The notes below the pieces were generated by a model. It worked only from the letters and a program-made list of their open reading frames with translations. It did not search any database and had not been told where the DNA came from. Shown piece by piece: positions 10,562 through 19,961 of a stretch of DNA of 64,000 nt. The stretch is from assembly GCA_963845535.1 (NCBI GenBank), contig CAWJSK010000012.1, forward strand, positions 96,001 to 160,000. The letters are read 5' to 3'. Source of the stretch: an uncultured Spirochaetota bacterium. GTDB taxonomy: Bacteria > Spirochaetota > Spirochaetia > SZUA-6 > Fen-1364. A program made the position numbers and the translations under genes. The first letter of the stretch is position 1; every line of letters starts with the position of its first letter.

Positions 10562-11596
10562 ATGAAATACCGCACGCTCGGAAGAACCGGCATCAAGGTC
10601 AGCCCGTATTGCCTGGGGGCCATGATGTTCGGCGCCGTTGGCGGCAATCCCGACCACGACGACGCGATCCGGATCATCCACAAGGCTCTGGATGCGGGGA
10701 TCAACTTCATCGATACCGCTGACAGGTACAGTCAGGGGGAGTCGGAGGAAATCGTCGGCAAGGCTCTCAAGGGGCGGCGCGACAACGTCGTGCTCGCCAC
10801 CAAGGTGAACAACCCGATGGGCGATGACCCGAACCAGCAGGGCAATTCGCGACGCTGGCTGATCCGCGAAGTGGAAACATCGCTGCGCCGCCTGCAGACC
10901 GACCACATCGATCTCTACCTGATTCACCGTCCGTCACCGGATACTGATATCGAGGAAACCCTCTCGGCCCTCACCGATCTGATGCGCTCTGGCAAGGTGC
11001 GCGCGATAGGATCATCGACGTTCCCTGCGTCGGAGATCGTCGAAGCGCAATGGGTCGCGGAGCGGCGCGCTCTGGCACGGTTTCGCGTCGAGCAACCTCC
11101 CTACTCGATCCTGAGCCGCGGCATCGAACGCGAGGTGCTGCCGGTTTGCGAGCGCTATGGGATGGGCGTGATGGTATGGAGCCCCCTGGCCAAGGGCATG
11201 CTCGCCGGCCGTTACCGCAAGGGCCAGCCGCTGCCCGACAGCCTACGCGCCAGGGTGATGCCGAAACAGATGAGCGACGAACACCGACTGGATGCGGTCG
11301 AGCAGCTCATTTCGATCGCCGCGGAGGCGGGGATGCCGCTGACGCATCTGGCCCTGGGTTTCGTGATGGCTCATCCCGGTGTGACGTCGGCGATCATCGG
11401 CCCGCGCACGATGGAACAGCTTGACGATCTGCTCGATGGCGTCGGGGTCACGCTTGATGACGGAGTCCTCGACCAGATCGACAAGATCGTTCCCCCCGGA
11501 ACCGATGTCGGGACGGACGCGGCGGCCTACGTAGCGCCGGAGCTGACCAACGCCGGCCTGCGCCGCCGCCCGAACAACGAGCGAGCAGCAAGCTGA
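10562..11596 (+). CDS. Aldo/keto reductase
   Basis: MKYRTLGRTG, GINFIDTADRY, LATK, SLRRLQTDHIDLY, WSPLAKG. Confidence 0.92.
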   Translation: MKYRTLGRTGIKVSPYCLGAMMFGAVGGNPDHDDAIRIIHKALDAGINFIDTADRYSQGESEEIVGKALKGRRDNVVLATKVNNPMGDDPNQQGNSRRWLIREVETSLRRLQTDHIDLYLIHRPSPDTDIEETLSALTDLMRSGKVRAIGSSTFPASEIVEAQWVAERRALARFRVEQPPYSILSRGIEREVLPVCERYGMGVMVWSPLAKGMLAGRYRKGQPLPDSLRARVMPKQMSDEHRLDAVEQLISIAAEAGMPLTHLALGFVMAHPGVTSAIIGPRTMEQLDDLLDGVGVTLDDGVLDQIDKIVPPGTDVGTDAAAYVAPELTNAGLRRRPNNERAAS

Positions 11597-12064
11597 CCTG
11601 TTGATGAGGCCGCGGCCGCGCCAGAGAGGCTGCATCGTGCGCGAACTTACGAAAGGAGAGAAGGTTTCATGAATGTAATCGCTGTAAACGGGAGCCCGAG
11701 GAAAAACTGGAATACTGCTACTCTTTTGAATAAGGCAATAGAGGGGGCAAAGTCAGTTGGAGCGGAGACAGAGCTTTTTCATTTATACGACCTCAACTTC
11801 AAGGGGTGCACAAGTTGTTTTTCATGCAAAAGAAAAGGCAGTAAGAACAACGGGATATGTTCAATGAAAGATGAATTGACTAACTGCCTGAAGAAAATCT
11901 CAAAATGCGACGTCCTTTTTTTGGGTTCTCCCATTTACATTGGCGCAATAACCGGAGTTATGCACTCATCTCTCGAACGATTACTTTTCGCTCCATTGGC
12001 TTATGATGTTGGACATGGTTCAATTTTTCCAGGGAAAGTGTTCTCTTGCTTCTTCTATACATTA

Positions 12065-13178
12065 TTGAGCCTCGCGTAAATAGGTGACGTTTCAGTCAAA
12101 TGAAATCCCTGCATGTTTGAGGAAAGAATAGGGAAGACTGTTGCTTTGTGAATGGATTCGGGAAAATCCATCGCGCACTCCATCTACCATTCCTCCCAGG
12201 TCATCGGCGCATCGGTTGGCTAACTCTTGGCCCTCGATATTCGCCCAAGCACTCTCAACCGGGTTCAGCTCAGGGGCATAGGCGGGAAGGCGCACAACGG
12301 TCAGCCATTTGTCTTGTTGCTTCAAATAACTGGTCATGCGGCGGCTTCTGTGAGACGGCAGGCCATCCCAGACCAGAATAACTTTCTTCCGAAGGAACTC
12401 TTTGCGAAGCTGTGAAAGGAAGTCGCTCAACTTCTCGTCGTTGAAGCTGTCAGCAACAATGCGAAAGAAAAGCCGAGATTCTTTGCCATCCCATCGATAG
12501 CCGAGGGCCGCACAGATAGACAGTTTCTTCCAATTAAAGGTATGACAGAGCACGGGTGTCTTGCCTCGTGGCGCCCAGGTCCGTCTCACGGGAGGCTTCT
12601 GCGAAAGGCCGCTTTCATCAAGGAAAACTACCCATGCGCGCCAGAGGCTAGCGTTTTTTTTTACCTCTTCCCATCTCTGAGTCTTCCACTGAGTAATCTT
12701 TTCTTCGTCTCTTTCCTTTGCTTTCAGCGTCGGGCGCTGCAGACTCCACCCCATCTGGCGCAAGATTCTCCACACGTGACCCGGATGATAGCTTACCCCT
12801 GTCACACTACTGATGAGCTGGGCCACACGAGGGAGGGACCACAAATCCGTTGCGTATCCATGAGCCGTCGCTCCACGCAGCAGTTCCTTCTCCACCAGCG
12901 CCAGTTGCTCCTTCTCCAATTTGGGCTTTCGCCCGGCTCTTGTTGCCCCCTCCAGGGCAGCGATGTTACCGCTATGCCATGCCTGCCACCATTCGCTGAC
13001 GCTCTGGCGACTGACCCGCAAGTGCAAAGCCACCGCGGCTTGGCGTTCACCCTGCTCGAAGAGCGCAACGGCCTTCTCGCGGCGTTTGCGTAATTTTTCA
13101 AGCCTCTTTTTTCCCCTCTCCATGAGCAAGATTATGCCACAAACAAATTCTTTTGTCCGGAAATTTTGCGAGCCTCAA
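12065..13178 (-). mobile_element. IS630-family insertion sequence
   Basis: Imperfect terminal inverted repeats TTGAGCCTCGCGTAAAT / TTGAGGCTCGCAAAATT; TA target duplication at 12063-12064 and 13179-13180. Confidence 0.92.
12092..13129 (-). CDS. IS630 transposase (HTH plus DDE, single ORF)
   Basis: FLDESG, VWDGLPSH, LPAYAPELNPVE motifs; N-terminal HTH domains. Confidence 0.92.
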   Translation of the reverse strand: MLMERGKKRLEKLRKRREKAVALFEQGERQAAVALHLRVSRQSVSEWWQAWHSGNIAALEGATRAGRKPKLEKEQLALVEKELLRGATAHGYATDLWSLPRVAQLISSVTGVSYHPGHVWRILRQMGWSLQRPTLKAKERDEEKITQWKTQRWEEVKKNASLWRAWVVFLDESGLSQKPPVRRTWAPRGKTPVLCHTFNWKKLSICAALGYRWDGKESRLFFRIVADSFNDEKLSDFLSQLRKEFLRKKVILVWDGLPSHRSRRMTSYLKQQDKWLTVVRLPAYAPELNPVESAWANIEGQELANRCADDLGGMVDGVRDGFSRIHSQSNSLPYSFLKHAGISFD

Positions 13179-13464
13179 TAGGAGCGCCAGAAGAGAGGGC
13201 GAAATCTCAAAATTACCAGGCCGTTTTTCAATTCAATGAAATGGGATTAAAAAGACTTCATGGAACCTCGGAGTATCTAGTTTCATATAATACGTATCAG
13301 TTCGACGACTATTCCAAATATGATGCCCCCATGTTTGACGAAAGGGCAAAGGCAAAATATAAGGCAGAACATTTCCCAACGGAATGCCAAAAGGCGTTTG
13401 CTATTGGAGCAAAACTTGCGGGACAGGCAGGGAAACAGCTTTGAGCCCGCACAAGAGGTGCAGG

Positions 13465-13615
13465 ATGCGAGTGTTTCTGACAGGCGCCACCGGCTTTATC
13501 GGTTCCTTTCTCGTTCCGGAGCTCATCAACGCAGGCCGTTACGTGGTCGGGCTCAGCCGTTCGGACGCGGGCGCCGAGGCGCGCACCCGTGCCGGGGCAG
13601 AGATCTTCCGTGGCG
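13465..13615 (+). pseudogene. 5' fragment of a second NAD-dependent epimerase/dehydratase
   Basis: [43 protein letters not shown], then similarity is lost at the end of the convergent gene. Confidence 0.7.
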
Positions 13616-13636
13616 AGAGCTGGCTCAGTCGCCTGG

Positions 13637-13912
13637 TCAGCCCTTTTCCAGTATCCTCAAGAGGGCTTCCAGCTCCTCGTGGCAGTCGCGGCAATTCGCA
13701 AGGTGATGGTGGACAAGGGGCAACAGACGGGCCGGGTCCTCGCCTCGGGCGACGATTTCCGCGTATTGATCCAGCAGTTGGTAGGCCTCCTCGCAGCCTA
13801 TTTCTTCGATGGCAGTGTTTGCGACCATGCCAGTGAGCATTTCCATCTTTGCGGATTCCTTCATTCGTAATCGCTTTCGCGGCATCCAGCCCCTGAGCCA
13901 TTTCAAAAGCAT
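13637..13912 (-). CDS. Putative soluble zinc-binding anti-sigma factor (ZAS-like)
   Basis: C(EEAY)...HLANCRDC = C..HxxxCxxC motif; directly downstream of the ECF sigma gene. Confidence 0.7.
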   Translation of the reverse strand: MLLKWLRGWMPRKRLRMKESAKMEMLTGMVANTAIEEIGCEEAYQLLDQYAEIVARGEDPARLLPLVHHHLANCRDCHEELEALLRILEKG

Positions 13913-13960
13913 TCCCGGCGGTCCTCTCCCTTTCACGTGACGTCTCTCCCACTCACAATC

Positions 13961-14578
13961 TTACCCGGACTCCCGCGTGAGTTCCTGCACCGACATGCCC
14001 TCGCGCGCCAGCCTGCGTTTCAGCTTCAATCGGGCATCATGAATAGACTTGTAGAGAGCGTTCCTGTTGGTCCCGAGCCGCCGGGCCACCTCCTCGAGAG
14101 GCATCCCTTTGAGTGCCACCGCGGTGATGGCCGTGCGCTGTTTTTCCGACAGCTCCTCGATCATGATCCTGCTGAACGTCTCCATGGACATGGATTGCGC
14201 CGCGCGCGTCGCAGGATCCGAGCCTTGTCTTTCTGCCAGTGCAGGTGTCTCACCGGCTTCCATCAGATTCTCCAGCGACACGTCCTTCCAACGTCGTCGG
14301 CGAAGCTCAGTCAGCGCAACACGCACAGCGATCTTGTGGGCCCACGTCGTGAACTGGCTGCGTCCCTGGAAGGAATCGAGATTCTCCAGGACCTTCATCA
14401 GGGTTTCCTGGACAAAATCTTCGGCAAGGGAATCGAACTCCCGCCCCGACGTCTTCACCCATCCTTTCAAAGCGCCGGCAAGCCCTCTCAGGAGTATGGC
14501 CCGCAGCCGAGAGATTGCAGCGTCGCGTGAGGCGCTCGACGAGCGCAACTCTGATAGCCAGTCTTGATTGGTTTTCAA
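13961..14578 (-). CDS. ECF RNA polymerase sigma factor
   Basis: AEDFVQET, FQGRSQFTTWAHKIA (region 2), EEVARRLGTNRNALYKSIHDAR (region 4). Confidence 0.9.
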   Translation of the reverse strand: MKTNQDWLSELRSSSASRDAAISRLRAILLRGLAGALKGWVKTSGREFDSLAEDFVQETLMKVLENLDSFQGRSQFTTWAHKIAVRVALTELRRRRWKDVSLENLMEAGETPALAERQGSDPATRAAQSMSMETFSRIMIEELSEKQRTAITAVALKGMPLEEVARRLGTNRNALYKSIHDARLKLKRRLAREGMSVQELTRESG

Positions 14579-14711
14579 GCGGTTTCAGTATATTTGCCAG
14601 GCCTCATGGGCGCAAGCAATTTCCGAGCTCATGACAATCAGAACGCAACCACCACCGCCGTTATTTTTCCATATCCAGTCCTCCTCTGACCGATGGTCCG
14701 TGCTGGCGTGC

Positions 14712-15229
14712 TCAGGAATGTTCGTGCAACCTGAAGACCTTCTCTCCTGCGCGGATGGGAACGTTGAGTCGATTCTCGGCAGGCGGGATAGGACAGGACC
14801 ACCGATCGTTATAGGCGCAGTAAGGGTTGTACGCCTGGTTGAAGTCGATGTGGAACTTCCCGTCCTCGTGACGGTGCGGCTCCAGATATCTGCCGGCAGG
14901 ATAGGTTTCCTTTCCCGCGAGTGAATCGACAAACGGCAGGAAAAACGTGTGATCGCTCTGGTAAATGGTGAGCTCGGCCGTCTTTCCGTCCACGGCAAAT
15001 CGAAAGCGCCCCCAGCGGACATGCTTCTGGCTGTCCCCCGTTGTTGTCTGCATTTCGACCTGCCGCTTCTCGCGGTACTCTTCCACCTCCACCTCAATGC
15101 GAAGCGCGGGATTCTCAGGGAAGTACGAAAGCCTCTTGAACCTGCGTTTCTGATCGGGTGTCAGCGGGCTTTCACGATCGGAAGCGAAGAACGGTCCTTT
15201 TCCTTTCGACGCTGTTCCAGTTGGTTCAT
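14712..15229 (-). pseudogene. DUF1684 domain protein with a single-base frameshift near 15190
   Basis: MNQLEQRRKEKDR, then one added base restores FFASDRESPLTPDQKRRFKRLSYFP; C-terminal ETYPAGRYL, DFNQAYNPYCAYNDRWSCPIPP. Confidence 0.8.
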
Positions 15230-15325
15230 AGCTTGTGTCTCCATCTCAATGCTTGGACGACACGAGCCGCAGGAATATTACTTTGGAAGATACGACGCAG
15301 TGACCCTTGCAGGGCTCCCTGCGGC

Positions 15326-15973
15326 TTACTCGAACGCAAGCTCGCCGGCCTCGATGCGCAGAGACAGCGCATTCTCGATCGACGCGAGCGGGCAAAGCCA
15401 TCGGGAGTCATACGCGCACGATGGATTATAGGCATAATTGAAATCGAGCAGGATGTCGCGCGGACCTGCGCCGAGATCTGCGCCCTTGATTGTGTCGTAG
15501 AGGTAGCGGCCTCCCCCGTAGGTCTCACGCCCGCTCGTCTCGTCTCTGAAGGGCAGAAAGAGCCCTCCCCCGTACCCTTCCAGCCAGTACAGGGTCAGTC
15601 GCACCGGCGCGCTGTTCGGTGGCGTGAGCTCCGTACAGGCAAAGGGTCGATACTCCAGCTTCCCTTCCGGGAGCTCGAAAGACCCGCTTCCCTGCTGCTG
15701 CCCGCTAGCGACTTCCGGCCCTGCCTTCAACGGGAGGACCCGCGCCGTAAACCGCAGGGCGGGATTGAAAGGGAAGTAGCGCAGCCCTCTGAAGGCCCGC
15801 TTTTTCTGCTCATCGAGCGGAGATTGCGGATGTGATGCGAACATCCCGTCCCGCGCCTGGCGGAACCGCAGACACGCATCTGGAGCGTTCGCTGCGCCGG
15901 CGCTGCGAACCGCCGCGTACATTTCCGCTGTCAGCCGGCGCCAATGCGCGAGCTCGAGGGGCATGAACGTCAT
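15326..15973 (-). CDS. DUF1684 domain protein
   Basis: HPQSPL, LRYFP, ETYGGGRYL, LDFNYAYNPSCAYDSRWLCPLA. Confidence 0.85.
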   Translation of the reverse strand: MTFMPLELAHWRRLTAEMYAAVRSAGAANAPDACLRFRQARDGMFASHPQSPLDEQKKRAFRGLRYFPFNPALRFTARVLPLKAGPEVASGQQQGSGSFELPEGKLEYRPFACTELTPPNSAPVRLTLYWLEGYGGGLFLPFRDETSGRETYGGGRYLYDTIKGADLGAGPRDILLDFNYAYNPSCAYDSRWLCPLASIENALSLRIEAGELAFE

Positions 15974-16110
15974 TCTCGAGGATTCTACGTGCCGTGGATT
16001 GCCGGATCAAGCGGGAACCCTTTGTCCGGGTAAGACTTCCGGTTTTCGGGACGTCTATGGGAGTGAGCGCGGCAATCGGCCGCGCAACCTGAAGTTCGAG
16101 GAGGACAGTC

Positions 16111-16395
16111 ATGGTCAAGGCTGTATGGAACGGCAAGGTTCTTGCCGAAAGCGATCAGACAGAGATCGTTGAAGGCAACCACTATTTCCCTGTCAAAGCC
16201 GTGAGGAGAGAGTACCTTCGGGAATCCGATCACCACACGGTGTGTCCCTGGAAAGGTACGGCCAGCTATTACCACGTCGTGGTGGATGGCAAGGTGAACC
16301 AGGACGCCGCGTGGTTTTACCCGGCACCCAAGAAGGCCGCTGAGCACATCACCGGCCGCATCGCCTTCTGGAAGGGCGTCAGAATAGAGGACTGA
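16111..16395 (+). CDS. DUF427 domain protein
   Basis: KAVWNGKVLAESD, EGNHYFP, TVCPWKGTASYY, AAWFYP. Confidence 0.9.
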   Translation: MVKAVWNGKVLAESDQTEIVEGNHYFPVKAVRREYLRESDHHTVCPWKGTASYYHVVVDGKVNQDAAWFYPAPKKAAEHITGRIAFWKGVRIED

Positions 16396-16488
16396 GAGTG
16401 GCACGCAAATGCCGTTCTGCTTGTCCTGGCGCTCCTTCACGAGGAGCTTGTTGCTCACCCTCGGAAGCGGTACGATCAACGCGCGCTT

Positions 16489-18336
16489 ATGACGAGCTTG
16501 ACGCAAGGACCCGGGCCGCGGGAAAACCCGGTACCTCGGACGACCGGGATCATGACGCTTGGCGTACGCACGAAGATTCTCATCCTCTGCATCTCCTGCA
16601 CGCTCGCGGCACTCGTTCTGCAGACGTTGTTCTTTCAATACTCCGCATCATCGATCATCTACCGCCAGGAACAGGAAGCCAGCCAGAAGTCGCTGGAGCA
16701 CATGCAGGATGAGCTGTACACGTGGGTCAAGTCCTACGAGAACAACCTCATCAAGATCTACAACCAGACGGAGCTCATCCGCGACCTGGGGGCGGCCCTG
16801 CCGCCGGAGGAGCTTCACCGCCGCTATGACCGCATCGCCTACGACCTGGCGCTCACGGTCTTCGACCCGGCCCAGAACGTGAACGCGCTGTACGTATACA
16901 CGATGAAGCAGGGATTGGTGTCCTACTACCGCAGCGCGAACACGCCCCGGTTCAACTACCCCGAGGACATCTACCAGGCCCCCTACCAGAACAACACGGA
17001 TGCCGTCACCTCTTATGTGCAGTCCGACAGGCGCGTCATGCTCGTCTCCAGTTACCTCAACACGAGCCGGGGGAAAGACATCGTCCGCTTCGTCCTGAAG
17101 ATCTACGCCAACAACGTGACGAAGAAGATCGGCTTCGTGGTGTGCGACGTGGACAGCGGAAGCTTCTCCCGCATCATGGAGAAATACGTGTATTCGGACC
17201 GCCAGCTCGTGTGGCTGCAGCCGGCGGGGGACCGCCCTGCGGTCTCCTTCGGCAACCCCAATCCGCGGGACACGGAGCTGTACCAGTCCCTCACCTCCCG
17301 GATGGCCAGGGCGGCCGGGATCGAAAGCGGCGCGCGGAAGATCGGGGACTCGGTCCTCTTCCAGGTGCCGCAGCGCAAGTACGACCTCACGGCCTACTCC
17401 CTGACGCCGCAGTACCTCCTGCAGGAGAGCCAGCGGGTCCTGCGGCGAAACATGCTCATCATCGCGCTCATCGTCGTGACAGTGGCCATTGTTTCCGCCA
17501 CCCTGCTGACGCGGTCCCTCACCACGCCCCTCTCCCGGATCGTGCGCAGCCTCCGCCAGATCAAGGACGGCGCCACCGATGTGAGGCTCACCGGGCTGAA
17601 GCGGGACGAGATCGGCAGCCTGGGCCAGACCATCAACGAGATGCTGGACCGCATCCAGGCGCTCATCGCGGAGGAGTACAAGGTCACGCTGCTCTTGAGG
17701 CAGGCCGAGTACAAGGCCCTGCAGGCCCAGGTAAACCCGCACTTCCTGTACAACTCGCTGGAAACCATGCGGGACGTGGCCGCCTCCCAGCAGTGCCACC
17801 CGGTGGCCGCCATGTGCCAGGCGCTGTCCAACATCTTCCGCTACAGCATCGACATGAAGGATCCCCTCGCGACGGTGGAGGAAGAGATCCTTCATATCAA
17901 GAACTACACGTACGTCATGAACGTGCGTACACACAACGGCGTCGAGCTGGAGGTGCGCGTCCATGATGAGCTGTTGCGGGAGCGCGTCCCCCGGCTTTCC
18001 CTGCAGCCGCTGGTAGAGAACTCCTTCACGCACGGCCTGAAGAACAAGCGGGGTCCGAAGAAGATCGTCATTTCCGGCGCCATCCAGGACGGCAGCATCG
18101 TGCTCTCGGTGAGCGACAACGGCGTGGGCATGGACGCGGATGAGGTCAACCGGCAGCTGCAAACGGGGGGGCCGGCTGAGGCGCTTGACAACATCTCCTC
18201 GGTGGGCCTGGGCAACATCCACGCCCGAACGCGGCTTCTCTTCGGAGAGAAGTACGGCGTGGTGGTCCAGAGCGACCCTGGGGAGGGAAGCACGGTTACG
18301 TTGGCCGTCCCTCGGGCGGGCCAGGGCGCGTCGTGA
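16489..18336 (+). CDS. YesM/LytS-like sensor histidine kinase with HAMP domain
   Basis: Two TM segments, HAMP (DEIGSL), ALQAQVNPHFLYNSL, LQPLVENS, DNGVG; start may be 16552. Confidence 0.92.
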   Translation: MTSLTQGPGPRENPVPRTTGIMTLGVRTKILILCISCTLAALVLQTLFFQYSASSIIYRQEQEASQKSLEHMQDELYTWVKSYENNLIKIYNQTELIRDLGAALPPEELHRRYDRIAYDLALTVFDPAQNVNALYVYTMKQGLVSYYRSANTPRFNYPEDIYQAPYQNNTDAVTSYVQSDRRVMLVSSYLNTSRGKDIVRFVLKIYANNVTKKIGFVVCDVDSGSFSRIMEKYVYSDRQLVWLQPAGDRPAVSFGNPNPRDTELYQSLTSRMARAAGIESGARKIGDSVLFQVPQRKYDLTAYSLTPQYLLQESQRVLRRNMLIIALIVVTVAIVSATLLTRSLTTPLSRIVRSLRQIKDGATDVRLTGLKRDEIGSLGQTINEMLDRIQALIAEEYKVTLLLRQAEYKALQAQVNPHFLYNSLETMRDVAASQQCHPVAAMCQALSNIFRYSIDMKDPLATVEEEILHIKNYTYVMNVRTHNGVELEVRVHDELLRERVPRLSLQPLVENSFTHGLKNKRGPKKIVISGAIQDGSIVLSVSDNGVGMDADEVNRQLQTGGPAEALDNISSVGLGNIHARTRLLFGEKYGVVVQSDPGEGSTVTLAVPRAGQGAS

Positions 18337-19961
18337 GTGACAGCTCCTTTCGCCTCTTGATCGCAGACGATGAGCACTGGGTGCGTGAGAACCTCATGCA
18401 CGTCCTGGACTGGCGGGACCTCATGATCGAGACCCTGGAGCCGGCCGTGGACGGAGAGGATGCTCTCCGCAAGGTTGAGTCCGGTCGGCCCGACATCCTC
18501 ATCACCGACATCAACATGCCCTTCGTTTCCGGCAACGACGTGATCCGCAGCGTGAAGGAGCGCTACCCGCGGACCGCGGTCATCGTGCTCAGCGGCTACA
18601 GCGACTTTGCCTTTGTCCGGGAGGCGCTGATGTGCGGCGCGGTGGACTACCTGCTCAAGCCGGTCTCCAAGAGCGCCCTGCTGGGGGCGCTGGAGAAAGC
18701 CATCGCCGCCCTGGGCAACCTCAGGGCACGGGAAGCCGCGGAGGTGGAGCTCAGCGAGAAGCTGCTCAGCGCTTCCTCGTTCCTGCGTGATCGCGAGTTG
18801 AGCGCGCTCATCGCGGAGGAGGAGACCTCGCCGTCCTCCGAAGCCCTGATCTCCGAGCTCGAGCTGAGCCACGCGGCGTTCCGCCTCGTGCTGATCAAGC
18901 TCACACGGTTCCCCTCGTCGCCCCGAAAACCAATCGCGGATGATCCGAGGCGCGCGCACGAGATCAAGAACCTCATCGCTCGGATGGCGCCCGGTTCCCT
19001 GGTGTTCCACAACGTCTACGCGCGAAACGAGTTCGTCGTCATTTCCAACCTGCGCGAGGACGGTCTTGCGCGACTGTGCCGGGAGCTCCCAAGCCTGCTG
19101 CAGCGGCACACGGGCTGCCGCTCAACCGTCGCCGTCAGTGGCTCCTCCTTCTCCTTCACGCGGCTGCGCTCCGCCTACTGGGAAGCGCGCTCCGCGATCC
19201 TGGCGTGCCCTCTCCAGGGGGACTCCGCCGCGATCCGGGTGGAAGACGCCCGAAAGCGCTCCATGCGGCGACGGACGACCGCAGAGCAGGAAAACAGGCT
19301 GGTCTACGCCCTCCAGTCGAACAACCGGACCCTGGCGCGGGAGGTGATCTTCGACCAGGTCGGCCTCGGGTCGTGCAGCAAGGACCACTGGCCGCTGGCC
19401 GAGGTGAAGGAAACCGTCGAGTACCTGGCCGCCGTGATCTTTCACAATGCCGCCGCCGGTGCCGCCTCTGGAGTATCAACGGAGAACTTCACGTACCTCC
19501 TGGACGAGGCGCTCGAGTCCCAGGACGCCGGCGAGATGTGCAGCCTTGTGGAGCAGGCGCTGGAGGAAGCGCTGCCGGACGCCGGGGACTCAGGGACCAG
19601 CGAATCCATGCAGGCGGTGGTCCGCCGGGTGCAGGCGTACATCGAAGAGAAGTACTTCCGGGATCTCTCCCTCACTTCCCTGGCCGGGCTGTTCCGGGTC
19701 GAACGCTCGTATCTCTCCAGGGCCTTCAAGCAGGTCACGGGACTGAACCTGATGTTGGCCATAGCCAGGAAGCGCATCGAGAAGGCCCAGGAGTACATTC
19801 GAACGGGGGATCCATCCTCCCGGCGGGACCTGAGCCTCGCGGACATCTCGTCACTCGTCGGGTACGAGGAGTACGCATACTTCAACCGCGTCTTTCGCAA
19901 GATCACCGGCGTCAGCCCCCGGGAATACAAGTCCACCGTAGAGACAGGTAAGCCACGATGA
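18333..19961 (+). CDS. YesN-like response regulator (REC plus AraC HTH)
   Basis: IADDE, ITDINMP, DYLLKP; C-terminal VGYEEYAYFNRVFRKITGVSP. Confidence 0.92.
   Translation: MSDSSFRLLIADDEHWVRENLMHVLDWRDLMIETLEPAVDGEDALRKVESGRPDILITDINMPFVSGNDVIRSVKERYPRTAVIVLSGYSDFAFVREALMCGAVDYLLKPVSKSALLGALEKAIAALGNLRAREAAEVELSEKLLSASSFLRDRELSALIAEEETSPSSEALISELELSHAAFRLVLIKLTRFPSSPRKPIADDPRRAHEIKNLIARMAPGSLVFHNVYARNEFVVISNLREDGLARLCRELPSLLQRHTGCRSTVAVSGSSFSFTRLRSAYWEARSAILACPLQGDSAAIRVEDARKRSMRRRTTAEQENRLVYALQSNNRTLAREVIFDQVGLGSCSKDHWPLAEVKETVEYLAAVIFHNAAAGAASGVSTENFTYLLDEALESQDAGEMCSLVEQALEEALPDAGDSGTSESMQAVVRRVQAYIEEKYFRDLSLTSLAGLFRVERSYLSRAFKQVTGLNLMLAIARKRIEKAQEYIRTGDPSSRRDLSLADISSLVGYEEYAYFNRVFRKITGVSPREYKSTVETGKPR

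Larger units (their letters stand above)
11669..13444 (+). pseudogene. Flavodoxin-like/NADPH-dependent FMN reductase (iron-sulfur flavoprotein family) interrupted by IS630
   Basis: NGSPRKNWNT, CxxCxxC (GCTSCFSC), GSPIY; removing the IS and one TA gives in-frame FFYTL|GAPEERAK joining 11669-12064 to 13181-13444. Confidence 0.88.
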
